A stretch of DNA of 64,000 nt from the NCBI GenBank assembly GCA_037917675.1, contig JAVCBW010000025.1, positions 1 to 64,000 on the forward strand, in the 5' to 3' direction. Below the pieces are notes generated by a model that had not been told where the DNA came from, searched no databases, and saw only the letters and a list, made by a program, of their open reading frames with translations. Origin of the DNA: Thermoproteota archaeon. GTDB taxonomy: Archaea; Korarchaeota; Korarchaeia; B14-G2. This document shows positions 28,834-38,105 of this stretch, piece by piece. Positions within the stretch are counted from its first letter, which is position 1; each line of letters opens with the position of its first letter. Position numbers and translations under genes: made by a program.

Positions 28834-29190
28834 CTAACTGGCTTTTATGGCAGCCTTAATTGCCTTTAGAATAGCATCCTGCTTTTCTCCTGTCAGAAGA
28901 GGGTAATCTTTGAAGAGGAATACTCTTATCTCATCCTTGGAGAGAGGTACTACATTCACAAGCTGGATTGCATGCTTCTCTGATATGCCTATCTCCTCGA
29001 CAAGGAACCTCACTAGTTCTCGGGCTTTGTCCGCATTCATCTTAGAGAACTTTCTGACATAGTCTCTTATGCTTCTCTGTGTTGTCTCGAGGTCTTCTTC
29101 CCTCGCGTCCCAAACCTTATCAAGTATCTCCTTTACTTCTGGGAGAGAGACTGGCCTCCTGCTACCTTTGACCTCCTCCAATTGCCACAC
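28834..29190 (-). CDS. rpoF: RNA polymerase subunit F (Rpo4)
   Basis: VSLPEVKEIL...YVRKFSK...NVVP; position after L21e. Confidence 0.85.
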   Translation of the reverse strand: MWQLEEVKGSRRPVSLPEVKEILDKVWDAREEDLETTQRSIRDYVRKFSKMNADKARELVRFLVEEIGISEKHAIQLVNVVPLSKDEIRVFLFKDYPLLTGEKQDAILKAIKAAIKAS

Positions 29191-29484
29191 CTACTTCATG
29201 AGAGAGATGTGCTCTGACCTGACAAAAAGAGTCTTCTCCTTGCTTCCTAACCTAGTTTTCAGTATGATAGCTCTGCCCCTATACCCAGCTACGACAGCCA
29301 CCTTCCCATGATACCTGTAGTGGGGCATCCCCCTGTGTACAGCAGGGTTTATCTTGATTACAACTTCATCTCCTATGTTAGGCTTCCTTAATATGGTGGA
29401 GGGAGGAGGCATGCCCCTCTCTCTAGGATGCTTTCGAAGCAGGCTTCTGGTTCTTCTTCTATACCCTTTAGATGGCTTGACCAA
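29191..29484 (-). CDS. rpl21e: 50S ribosomal protein L21e
   Basis: SKGYRRRTRSLLRK and GMPHYRYHG motifs. Confidence 0.95.
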   Translation of the reverse strand: MVKPSKGYRRRTRSLLRKHPRERGMPPPSTILRKPNIGDEVVIKINPAVHRGMPHYRYHGKVAVVAGYRGRAIILKTRLGSKEKTLFVRSEHISLMK

Positions 29485-29494
29485 GCGTCACACC

Positions 29495-30628
29495 TCACTC
29501 CACACTAGCAACGTCTAGGAGCTCACATATAACTTTTTTAGATAGTAGAGAGGAGAGTGAGGGGAATGTCCTACCATCATCTCCAGAGATAAGCTCTCTT
29601 ATATAGAGACCTCCCTCACACTTAATCCATAGCAGCATTCTGCTGCTGCTCAGAAGGACCCCTCTGCAGGAGTATATTTTCTTACGTCTGAGCCTGTTTG
29701 CTCTCCTATGTAGAACTCTCTTTGGTGTCCATTGATGGATGATCTTTCCAGACAGCTCCACCTCAGCTTTCTTGATATCCTCATCTGTGAGGGGTTCGCC
29801 TTCTGAGCGAACTATAACTCTGTAGGTCTTAGGAGCTGCAGCCTCAGACTGCTTCATACGCCTTACAGAGCTTGGTGAAGCAAAGGAGAGGTCCCTGACC
29901 ACTATTAGGCCTTCAGCTCTTTTGTTCACCTCATCCTCCAGCTTCTTTAGGTCTATTCTCCTCCTTTTAGGCTGCATAACTTCTACAATGAATGGGCGGC
30001 CTTCACCTAGCATGAGAGCATCAACATCCTCTCGGCCGCTAGCGTGAAATATGGCTCTTGCTCCTCCAGTTGCCTCTAAGATGGGTGGAGATATTAGCAT
30101 CTCTATGGAGTATGGATAGGTGTAGCCTGTCCAGTTGCATCTGCTGCAGCCTTCTCCTTTGCACTTTCTACAGTACCAGGTTGCCTGGGATATGTTCCTA
30201 GCGAGCTTCAGATACCTTCCAGAGATTAGCAGCGGGTTTACTTGGGTTGTTGTAGTCCATGAGATTATATCGAATAGGACTATGACATCTGGAGCTGTAG
30301 AGGATATTTGGCATGCAGTTTTGGTAGATAGCTCTTTGTCTAACAGCTTGTTCACATACACTTTGATCGGAGGGTATATTTCAGCGTTATAAAGCGACCT
30401 TAGCGTGTCTTCTCTCTCCACTATGTCAGAGGGTATGCGGGTAGCAGATTTCAGAGTACTATACTCTAGTTCACTTAGCTTATTCAAGGCATCCTCGACG
30501 AGCTCATGTAGCTTGTCTATGATGCCCATGCATATGAAGCATGATGAGGTAGTGGTTTCTATCTTTAGAGACCCTCTACTCTTTATCCTGCTGGAGCAGT
30601 GTTTGCAGAGTTGGATTTTAGCCTGCAT
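29495..30628 (-). CDS. pus10: tRNA pseudouridine 54/55 synthase Pus10
   Basis: GRYLKLAR, FHASGREDVDA and GGLYIRELISGD motifs. Confidence 0.92.
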   Translation of the reverse strand: MQAKIQLCKHCSSRIKSRGSLKIETTTSSCFICMGIIDKLHELVEDALNKLSELEYSTLKSATRIPSDIVEREDTLRSLYNAEIYPPIKVYVNKLLDKELSTKTACQISSTAPDVIVLFDIISWTTTTQVNPLLISGRYLKLARNISQATWYCRKCKGEGCSRCNWTGYTYPYSIEMLISPPILEATGGARAIFHASGREDVDALMLGEGRPFIVEVMQPKRRRIDLKKLEDEVNKRAEGLIVVRDLSFASPSSVRRMKQSEAAAPKTYRVIVRSEGEPLTDEDIKKAEVELSGKIIHQWTPKRVLHRRANRLRRKKIYSCRGVLLSSSRMLLWIKCEGGLYIRELISGDDGRTFPSLSSLLSKKVICELLDVASVE

Positions 30629-30629
30629 C

Positions 30630-31967
30630 TTATGGCACTGACCTTGTGAGCTTTTCTAGCATCCTCTTAGCAGCTCTATCTGATTTAAAGGCTTTCATCA
30701 TCCTCTTTGCCCTCTTGTAGTTTGAGAGCATCTCCCTCACGTCCTCTGGATATACTCCTGCACCCCTAGCGATCCTGTTTATTCTAGATCTGTCTATTAT
30801 CTTTGGGTTCTCAAGCTCTTCTCTAGTCATTGAGTCCATTATGACTAGCCACTTGTCAATCTTCTTTGAGGCTTCTTGAGCAGCCTCAGGTGGGAGGTTC
30901 AGGCTTAGGCCTCCTGGAAGTAGCTCTAGCAGCTTAGATAATGGACCTAGCTTTCTTGCTTGCTGCAGCTGTAGTCTGAAGGCCAAGAGGTTGAACTTCT
31001 CTGGCAGAAGCTCTGCTTCCTTGAGCTTCTTCATCTCTATATATGCTTCATGAAGTCTTTCAGATAGAGCTCTAAGATCTCCCATCCCTAGAAGCCTTGA
31101 CACGAACCCATTTGGGTCAAAGGGCTCTATTTCATCAAGCTTCTCTCCAGTGCAGATGAAGTAGATTGGGGCACCAGTCGCAACAACTGCTGATAGAGCC
31201 CCACCTCCCTTTGCCGTGCCATCTAGCTTTGTCACAATCACTCCTCCTATGGGTGATACCTCATGGAAAGCTTTAGCTTGCTGGTAGGCGAATTGGCCTG
31301 TTGCTGCGTCAACCACCAGGAAAGTGTGGGTTGGCTTTACTTTAGCTGAGATCACTTGCATTTCTTCTATCAGACTCTGCTCATTCTTATGTCTCCCTGC
31401 AGTGTCTACTAGGATCACATTGTATCCCTCTTCACGGAGCTTTTTGACACCATGCTCCGCTAGCTCTGGAGCTTTGACGCCCCTCTCCCAGTACACGGGA
31501 ATTTCGTGCTCTGATAGAAGATCTAGTAGCTGCTGGTAGGCACCTGGCCTATGGTCATCGGCACAGACTACTGCTACCCTGTATCCTTTTCTCTTTAGAA
31601 GCACAGCTAGCTTAGCTACTGTGGTTGTTTTCCCGGAGCCCTCTATGCCGACGAATAGCATTATATTTGTCCCCTTAGCTAGCTGTAGAGTAGGCCTCCT
31701 TTCACCAAGGATCTCTACTAGGCCATCATAGACAGATTTTAGGACTATGTCTCTCCTAGAGAAGCCTGGAGGGACCTCTGCTGATAAGCTCTTCTCCCTT
31801 ACTTTCCTCGTGAATTCAGCTACTATCCTTACGTTTACATCAGCTTTTATGAGAGCTCTCTGGATCTCCTTTAAGAGAGCGTTCACAGCTCGCTCGTCTG
31901 CAGTTGGTACCCTAAGGAACCTCTTAACTGCATTGGATAGCGACCTCTTAAGGTTATAGAGGCTCAC
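30630..31967 (-). CDS. srp54: Signal recognition particle protein Srp54
   Basis: GSGKTTT, DTAGR, TKLDGTAKGGG and M-domain RIARGAG motifs. Confidence 0.95.
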   Translation of the reverse strand: MSLYNLKRSLSNAVKRFLRVPTADERAVNALLKEIQRALIKADVNVRIVAEFTRKVREKSLSAEVPPGFSRRDIVLKSVYDGLVEILGERRPTLQLAKGTNIMLFVGIEGSGKTTTVAKLAVLLKRKGYRVAVVCADDHRPGAYQQLLDLLSEHEIPVYWERGVKAPELAEHGVKKLREEGYNVILVDTAGRHKNEQSLIEEMQVISAKVKPTHTFLVVDAATGQFAYQQAKAFHEVSPIGGVIVTKLDGTAKGGGALSAVVATGAPIYFICTGEKLDEIEPFDPNGFVSRLLGMGDLRALSERLHEAYIEMKKLKEAELLPEKFNLLAFRLQLQQARKLGPLSKLLELLPGGLSLNLPPEAAQEASKKIDKWLVIMDSMTREELENPKIIDRSRINRIARGAGVYPEDVREMLSNYKRAKRMMKAFKSDRAAKRMLEKLTRSVP

Positions 31968-31977
31968 TTAAGGCACC

Positions 31978-32382
31978 TTATGCCTTAGAGCGTACTTCCA
32001 TGATCTTCCTCTTGTTCAAGGCGATCCAGTACTCTACTTCAGCTCCAACAGCTATCTTGTCTCTTAGCTCAGGATCTTCTGGAAGCTCGGCTTCAAATGT
32101 CTCGAAGGACTCTAGATCCATTAGCTGGACTTCAGACGGCCCTACATACGTTACTTGAGCCACTCTCTTGTCTATAATTGGGATCTCTACCCTAGCGTCT
32201 ACAGGGAGTATAGCTTCTCTCCTCTTCTTATCGAATGCACCTATTGCCTGTATTCTGACTTTTGCTGCACCATGCTTTCCTGGCTTTGACTTGTCGACTG
32301 AGATGATCTGGCAGGCCTCTCCATCTATAACTATATAGTGGCCTTTCTTAAGCTCTCCAGCTGTCTTGTATGTGGTACTCAA
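31978..32382 (-). CDS. eif5a: Translation factor aIF5A
   Basis: SKPGKHGAAK hypusination loop. Confidence 0.95.
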   Translation of the reverse strand: MSTTYKTAGELKKGHYIVIDGEACQIISVDKSKPGKHGAAKVRIQAIGAFDKKRREAILPVDARVEIPIIDKRVAQVTYVGPSEVQLMDLESFETFEAELPEDPELRDKIAVGAEVEYWIALNKRKIMEVRSKA

Positions 32383-32408
32383 CTAGCACCCCTGTTTGCT
32401 GAGGGCTT

Positions 32409-32846
32409 TTACCTATAAGACTTTTGTACCCTCGCTCTAGCAGATCTTCCTCCAAACTTCTTTGGCTCAGTTTGCCTTGGGTCTCCAGCTATTATGGTGC
32501 GGTCGTACTCTATGTATGCCTCTTTGAGCTCTTCTGATCTTGTCCACTCTACGAGAGCTCGCCCTATGGCCATTCGAGCTGCATCAGCTTGAGCCATGAA
32601 GCCCCCTCCTTTAACTGCTACATGTATGTCAAGATTTCGAATAGAGTCCTCGCCTAAGACTAGTTCCGCTATCTTCAGCGGCTCTAGTATCTTTGCTCTA
32701 ACGAACTCGTTTGGTGCAAACACATTTACTAGGAAGCCGTTTATTCTAAGCTCACCTCTGCCTGGCTTAATTACTGCAGCAGCTCTTGCAGTCTTCCTCT
32801 TGGCTGAAGCAAACACATAAGGCCTCTTCTCGGCTTCAAAGCTCAT
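32409..32846 (-). CDS. rps9: 30S ribosomal protein S9
   Basis: KRKTARA...EPKKFGGRSARARVQKSYR. Confidence 0.95.
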   Translation of the reverse strand: MSFEAEKRPYVFASAKRKTARAAAVIKPGRGELRINGFLVNVFAPNEFVRAKILEPLKIAELVLGEDSIRNLDIHVAVKGGGFMAQADAARMAIGRALVEWTRSEELKEAYIEYDRTIIAGDPRQTEPKKFGGRSARARVQKSYR

Positions 32847-33295
32847 GGATTCCACCCAAGACGCCTAGCTACTTCCTCTACTGTAACATATTTCCCGCTT
32901 AACCTCCTAGCACTGGACTTAGGAAGCTTGCTGCCATCAACCTTCTCAACATCTTCAAGGTGCTTTGGAGTACCTATGAAAACCTTCAGCTTCCTTAGTG
33001 CTTCTCTGCCCCTGTACTGATCTCTTGGAACCATGCCTCTTATGGCTCTCCAGACTATCCTATCAGGTCTTCGCGTTGCAAAGGAGCCTTTAAGAGGTGA
33101 AGCTCTGTCTTTCCTATGGAGCCTAGCCAGGTAATCCTCAAATGTAACATCTGATCTCCCAGATATCACCGCCTTCTCACAGTTTACAACCCACACCCTA
33201 TAGCCTTCTAGAAGCTTTTTTGCTACAAAGCTTGCCATCCTACCTAATATCAATCCTGATGCATCAACTACTATCACGTCTCTGTCTAGCTGCAT
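32843..33295 (-). CDS. rpl13: 50S ribosomal protein L13
   Basis: DASGLILGRMAS and RAIRGMVP motifs. Confidence 0.95.
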   Translation of the reverse strand: MQLDRDVIVVDASGLILGRMASFVAKKLLEGYRVWVVNCEKAVISGRSDVTFEDYLARLHRKDRASPLKGSFATRRPDRIVWRAIRGMVPRDQYRGREALRKLKVFIGTPKHLEDVEKVDGSKLPKSSARRLSGKYVTVEEVARRLGWNP

Positions 33296-33305
33296 GTCTT
33301 AGACC

Positions 33306-33641
33306 TCATATGATTAACTTGATGTTAGGGCCTCTTGGAGGCTCGTCTAGCTCCCACATGTATATATACTTGCATCCGGCTTCCTCCAGCTTTTTAAGGC
33401 TTCCCTTGGTAAAGGATACTGCAATCACTGTTATCTTGTGGTCTATTTTACCTCCACCTAAAACTACTCCAGGAACTACAGCTATGTCACCTTCCCTTGT
33501 CAAGTAGTTCAGTTTTTCAACATTTACTTCAACCATCTTTCTTCTAGGTCTCTTGACATATCGATAAACTACCTTCCAGAGCTTTGAGTAGTTTTTTAGC
33601 GTTCTGAGCTTCTTCTTGGCTAGATACCTATGGGATACCAT
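33306..33641 (-). CDS. rpl18e: 50S ribosomal protein L18e
   Basis: RPRRKMVEVNVEKLN and VVPGVVLGGG motifs. Confidence 0.92.
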   Translation of the reverse strand: MVSHRYLAKKKLRTLKNYSKLWKVVYRYVKRPRRKMVEVNVEKLNYLTREGDIAVVPGVVLGGGKIDHKITVIAVSFTKGSLKKLEEAGCKYIYMWELDEPPRGPNIKLII

Positions 33642-33672
33642 TGTGACGCACCAGAAGTCTCTCCTATCAGAG

Positions 33673-33769
33673 TGCGGGGGGTGGGATTTGAACCCACGAA
33701 CCCCTAAGGGACAGGGTTCATGAGGAGCTCCTCATCCCTGCGCCGTTGACCAGGCTTGGCGACCCCCGC
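33673..33769 (-). tRNA. tRNA-Leu(GAG) with a 12-nt intron at 37/38 (33718-33729)
   Basis: Acceptor GCGGGGG/CCCCCGC-A, GTTCAAATC T-loop, long variable arm, anticodon arm CAGGG-ATGAGG^intron^A-CCCTG with an ATGA/TCAT BHB helix. Confidence 0.9.
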
Positions 33770-33867
33770 ACCACTGAGTGTAGTGGGCGGGGAGTTAAAA
33801 ACTAATCGCCTAGTGTAGCTGGTAGGAGCCTGCCTTATGCTGGTGGAAAAAGTGCTAGATTGGGCTG

Positions 33868-34686
33868 TCATATGACTACAGCTTCTAGTATTCCCTTTGT
33901 ATACTTTTTGAGCTCTTCTAGCTTCTTCACTAGAGTGTCTAGAGCCCTCTCAACTATCTGCTTTGGAGGGATGGCGCCTACAGACTCCAGCTTGAATATG
34001 AAGCATGATGGGTCTCCTTTCACCTCTATCGCAGCCTTCGGGCACTTCCTCACGCAAGACTTGCATAGGGAGCATTCCTCCTGGCTTCTAGCTACTATTT
34101 TTCCATTTTCTTCTATTAACACGTGCTTCGGGCAGTATTTTATGCAGATGCCGCAGGAATCGCATTTCTCTAGATCTATTGTGATTATTGGCATGTACTT
34201 GTATGAGACTGTTGAGACTGGCTGCCACTTAGCATGGTCCTTTCCAGTCCCCAGGCGGGCTACAGCCTGCAGGTTGAGCCTCTCTCCTTTCATTAATGTT
34301 ACAATGGGTATCTTTTGGGAGACTGGCTGGACATCAGGTGCTGTTGATTTAAGTGAGCTTGAGTAGATAACCTTGTAATCTACATCACTTTTCTCATCTA
34401 GGTCCAGGACTACAGTACACTTAGGGCAGCCTCCTCCACCACACTCACATTCTGATGGCAGGTTTAGGGAGTTTATGTCTGCCTTTAGTGGTATGAGGCT
34501 AAGCCTATGAGCAATATACTCATCAAAGAAGGCAGTAGTATTCTCGAAGAAGATGACTTCATCTATAGCTAGTGTGGGGACTTCTGTGAGGATCGCCCTC
34601 CTGAGGGCGTTAGCTTTAGCAGGAGAGGCTTCCCTCAGAATAAACTTCATTTTGACCCCTTCAATCTCCATCTTCTCGATTCTCAT
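33868..34686 (-). CDS. rpoD: RNA polymerase subunit D (Rpo3) with 2x[4Fe-4S] ferredoxin-like domain
   Basis: ANALRRAILTEVPTLAID, HRLSLIPL, GKDHAKWQP; CDSCGIC..CP and CSLCKSC..CP. Confidence 0.95.
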   Translation of the reverse strand: MRIEKMEIEGVKMKFILREASPAKANALRRAILTEVPTLAIDEVIFFENTTAFFDEYIAHRLSLIPLKADINSLNLPSECECGGGGCPKCTVVLDLDEKSDVDYKVIYSSSLKSTAPDVQPVSQKIPIVTLMKGERLNLQAVARLGTGKDHAKWQPVSTVSYKYMPIITIDLEKCDSCGICIKYCPKHVLIEENGKIVARSQEECSLCKSCVRKCPKAAIEVKGDPSCFIFKLESVGAIPPKQIVERALDTLVKKLEELKKYTKGILEAVVI

Positions 34687-35632
34687 AGCTACCTCCTCTT
34701 CTCTTGCTGAGAAGAACCTCAGCCCATGGGTTGTCCTCGAAGACGTCAGATTGTGGAGGGGGCTCCTGACGAGATAGGTCTATGCCTGTAGAGACTTCCT
34801 TGTCAGCATGTTCTAGTGGCATCTTATGGGACAATGAGGCTTTTGACTGAGAGGCTTGTGTGCTGGATGCTAGCAGCGATCTCAGTTCTCTCTTTAGTGT
34901 GTCAAGCTCTCTTGAAAGGCTCTGGAGATCTTGCATCTGCCTACTGCTCCCAGCTTTCTCTAGGAGGAGAGGGAGGAGGATGGAGTAGTATTTGTTTCTC
35001 TCGCTTAGAACCTCGCGTACAACTTCTCTTATCGTGTCTGATAGAATGTTGATGCTGCGAATTAATGCTCCTAGTTGCTCTGCTGTGATCGTCAGCTTTT
35101 CTTCGCTAGGCTCTTTTGAGCATGGATGCCTATGTGGGTGCGTTGAGGAGCTTTCAGAAGAAAACTTCTTTAGGACTTCACTTCTCATGGCTGTCTGTGG
35201 TGGCTGATCAGCTGTGGTTTTATGCTGTATGTCGTGTCGCCTCTGAGAGGTCCTTAAGGCTATGGAGCTGATGTCTTCTACTGGAGATGTGGCATCAGGG
35301 ACTACTTCTACTATCTCCACCTTACCTGGATCATCTAGGATTGAGTTGAGCTCTCTCTCTAGGCTATCTAGGTCTGAGGAGACTATTTCAGGGACATACA
35401 CGATTATCTTGTCTGCTTCCTTCTCTATCTTCCGTATTTCGCTGACGAGCGACGTTAGAGGGCCTTGATCCACATCAAACTCTCTTACAGCGATGACGAG
35501 ATCTCTGATGCGTCTTCCCTCCCAGCTAGGTAAGCTGAGGTTTATTGGGTCATATTTCCTAAGTAGGCTTCTTCTTTCCTCTAGCTTCCTTAGAGTTATC
35601 CTTTGCCTCGTGACTCCACCTAGAGCAGCCAT
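34661..35632 (-). CDS. Hypothetical protein inserted between rps11 and rpoD; coiled coil and C-terminal FEDNPWAEVLLSKR motif (arcadin-2-like candidate)
   Basis: 323-aa ORF starting 2 nt after the rps11 stop and overlapping the rpoD start by 26 nt. Confidence 0.7.
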   Translation of the reverse strand: MAALGGVTRQRITLRKLEERRSLLRKYDPINLSLPSWEGRRIRDLVIAVREFDVDQGPLTSLVSEIRKIEKEADKIIVYVPEIVSSDLDSLERELNSILDDPGKVEIVEVVPDATSPVEDISSIALRTSQRRHDIQHKTTADQPPQTAMRSEVLKKFSSESSSTHPHRHPCSKEPSEEKLTITAEQLGALIRSINILSDTIREVVREVLSERNKYYSILLPLLLEKAGSSRQMQDLQSLSRELDTLKRELRSLLASSTQASQSKASLSHKMPLEHADKEVSTGIDLSRQEPPPQSDVFEDNPWAEVLLSKRRGGSYENREDGD

Positions 35633-35634
35633 GT

Positions 35635-36042
35635 TTACACTCTTCTCCCTCTTCTGCCTCCAGCTCTCCTAGTTCCATCATGTGGTATGGGCGTCACATC
35701 TTCTATCCTTCTTATCCTGAGGCCTGCTCTAGCAAGTGCTCTAACAGCACCCTGAGCACCTGGCCCAGGTATCCTGGAGCCGTTTCCGCCTGGAGCCCTT
35801 ATTTTTATGTCAATTACTGTGATGCCAGCTTGCTTTAGATCTCTTGCCACAGCATGTGCTGCCTTCAGGGCAGCATAAGCTGAGCCCTCTTCTCGATCTG
35901 CTTTGACGAACATGCCGCCAGAGTATCTGGCTATTGTTTCTCCACCAAGAGGATCCGTTGCATGAATTATCGTATCATTGAACGATGAATATATATGTAC
36001 TACAGCTACCTTCTCAGGCGTCTTACCTGACATCAGCATCAC
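35635..36042 (-). CDS. rps11: 30S ribosomal protein S11
   Basis: [11 protein letters not shown] and GGRRGRRV motifs. Confidence 0.96.
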   Translation of the reverse strand: MMLMSGKTPEKVAVVHIYSSFNDTIIHATDPLGGETIARYSGGMFVKADREEGSAYAALKAAHAVARDLKQAGITVIDIKIRAPGGNGSRIPGPGAQGAVRALARAGLRIRRIEDVTPIPHDGTRRAGGRRGRRV

Positions 36043-36518
36043 CCTCCTCTGCTCCTGAGCTCAACCTTATCCTCTTCATCTACTGGCACAAGGTAGCTTG
36101 GTGTCTTAATAACTCTACCATTTACCGCTATGTGACGGTGGGTTATGAGCTGCCTAGCATGCCATATCGACTTTGCAAGGCCCTTCTTGTATACGACAGT
36201 CTGCAGCCTTCTATCGAGGACATTTGATACAGTTAACCCAAGTATGTCATCTAATGTCGACTCAGGCGGTAATACCCCCAGTTTTGTAAGCTTCGATAGT
36301 ATCTGGGACTGTAGAGGCTCTCGTTGGTCTTCTGGTAGAGCCTGGAGCTGCATCGCTATCCTGCGATACTTCCGGACTATAGCAGCAGCCCTCCATATCT
36401 CTCTCTTGTTTCTTAAACCATATTTTGCTACAAGCTCAAGCTCCTTTTCAAGGCGAGCTTTATCCCATGGGTGCTTTGGAGTTATGTACTTCTTTCTCTG
36501 CTTCCTCGGGTCACCCAA
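36039..36518 (-). CDS. rps4: 30S ribosomal protein S4
   Basis: [20 protein letters not shown] and [10 protein letters not shown] motifs. Confidence 0.96.
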   Translation of the reverse strand: MGDPRKQRKKYITPKHPWDKARLEKELELVAKYGLRNKREIWRAAAIVRKYRRIAMQLQALPEDQREPLQSQILSKLTKLGVLPPESTLDDILGLTVSNVLDRRLQTVVYKKGLAKSIWHARQLITHRHIAVNGRVIKTPSYLVPVDEEDKVELRSRGG

Positions 36519-36528
36519 CTACTACCAC

Positions 36529-36987
36529 CTACTTCTTCTTCTTACTATACCCTACAGTACGCCCTCTTCTTCCTGTTGTCCTTGTTCTCTGCCCTCTGAC
36601 TTTGAGGCCCAGCATGTGCCTTATTCCCCTCCAGCACCTCATCTTCTTCAAGCGGTCTATATCCATCTTTTCAACAAGCTTAACCCTAGAGCCTACTATG
36701 TGCTTGTCTTCTCCTGTTATAGGATCCCTTCTCCTATTATATAGCCAGGAGGGGATTCCATACTTATCTGGGCTTTTCAGCACATCCTCTATCTTCTTTA
36801 TGTCTTCGCTAGAGAGGAATCCAAGTGGTTTTAGGGGGTCTAGGCCGAGTATGCGTACTACTGCATTTGAAAAGCTGTAGCTTACCCCAGGTAGCTTTGT
36901 CAGAGCAAACAAGACAGCCTTATGGCCTTCTAGATCTGTATCGAACATCCTGACTATATGCTTGAGCTTCTCTCCTCCTTCAGCCAT
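36529..36987 (-). CDS. rps13: 30S ribosomal protein S13
   Basis: WRGIRHMLGLKVRGQRTRTTGR motif. Confidence 0.96.
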   Translation of the reverse strand: MAEGGEKLKHIVRMFDTDLEGHKAVLFALTKLPGVSYSFSNAVVRILGLDPLKPLGFLSSEDIKKIEDVLKSPDKYGIPSWLYNRRRDPITGEDKHIVGSRVKLVEKMDIDRLKKMRCWRGIRHMLGLKVRGQRTRTTGRRGRTVGYSKKKK

Positions 36988-37006
36988 ATGCAGCCCTCAG
37001 CAGCTA

Positions 37007-37104
37007 CGCCGGGGGTGGGATTTGAACCCACGCGGCCACAAAGGCCACGGGCTATCTTCCACATGGCTCCAGGCCCGCCCCCTTCCTGGCTAGGGCACCC
37101 CGGC
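37007..37104 (-). tRNA. tRNA-Ser(GGA) with a ~13-nt anticodon-loop intron (37054-37066)
   Basis: GCCGGGG/CCCCGGC-G acceptor, long variable arm, anticodon stem CGGGC/GCCCG enclosing 20 nt; conserved position before rps13. Confidence 0.85.
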
Positions 37105-37114
37105 TCCTATAAGC

Positions 37115-38105
37115 TCACCACACTCTAGGGTATATATCCCTATCCATTAAGACTCTGATGGTCTTAGCTGCTCTACCATACTCTCTCTCTAGGAGCTCTT
37201 CTGCAGAGAGTAAGGTGATGGCTAGAGCTATAGCTTCCCCTTTCAATGTCATTACTACAACAAGGTCTCCCTTCTTGATACCTTTAGTCAGCTTACAGAT
37301 TCCAGGTATCCCAAGGTCTGCTCCATAGCATATTGCATTGACAGCTGTGTCCTTAACGTATAGCTTAGGTAGATGGGATAGAGCTTCTTCCATGGGCACT
37401 ATAGCTCTCCTTAGGTGAGAGGCATCACCTTCCTCCCTCCACTTCCTTATAGCATACTCTAGATAGTGGAGTGTTGTAAGCCCCTTCTCCTCAGCTAGTG
37501 GCCCCACTTGGATTCTCCTAAGCTCCACCATGTGTGCGCCAGCTCCCATAGCCTCTCCGATGTCATGTACTAGCTTCCTGATGTAGGTTCCTGCTTCACA
37601 TGTCACTCTAAGAAGGACGTATCTTCCCTCTTTCTCTAGGAGCTCTATTGCATATATCTTCCTGACTCTGAGCCTTCGCTTGACAGCAGACTTTAGAGGG
37701 GGCCTCTGGAAGATCTCTCCTGTGAACTGTTTCAGTGTACTAGCTAGAAGGCTGTCAGGCACGTCTCTGTGAAGCTTCATAAGGCACACGTAGGTCTTTG
37801 GTGTCGTCAGTAGAACCTTGCTTATCTTTGTAGCATGCCCTAGGACTACTGGGAGCAGGCCGCTGGCAGGAGGATCTCCCCTGCCCTCCCTAGAGGGCAG
37901 CTAGGGTCCCGCAGTGGCCTACCTTAGCCTTGAATCCGAGAATAGCCTTAATCCAGCTTACTACATCACCTGATGTTGGGCCCCTCGGCTTGTCTAGAGG
38001 GATGACACCAGTCTTGAGGAGGAGCTCAGGTGGCCGCTTATATGGAGGGACACCATAGCTTGGATCAGTCTCACATTCACATATTGTAACCAGTTCCTGA
38101 GCCAC
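37115..38105 (-). CDS. cbf5: H/ACA pseudouridine synthase Cbf5, interrupted by a 25-nt intron
   Basis: Joining 38105-37901 and 37875-37115 gives a 321-aa ORF with GHCGTL-D-PPASGLLP and GTYIRKL. Confidence 0.93.
37876..37900 (-). other. Pre-mRNA intron with canonical bulge-helix-bulge motif
   Basis: GGGA-CCCU-[AG^C]-UGCCCUC-UAGG-GAGGGCA-GGGG-[AG^A]-UCCU; splicing restores the catalytic Asp codon GAU. Confidence 0.92.

Noticed and set aside
37115-38105. cbf5 as a split gene or pseudogene
   Set aside because: A canonical BHB intron restores the frame and the catalytic Asp.
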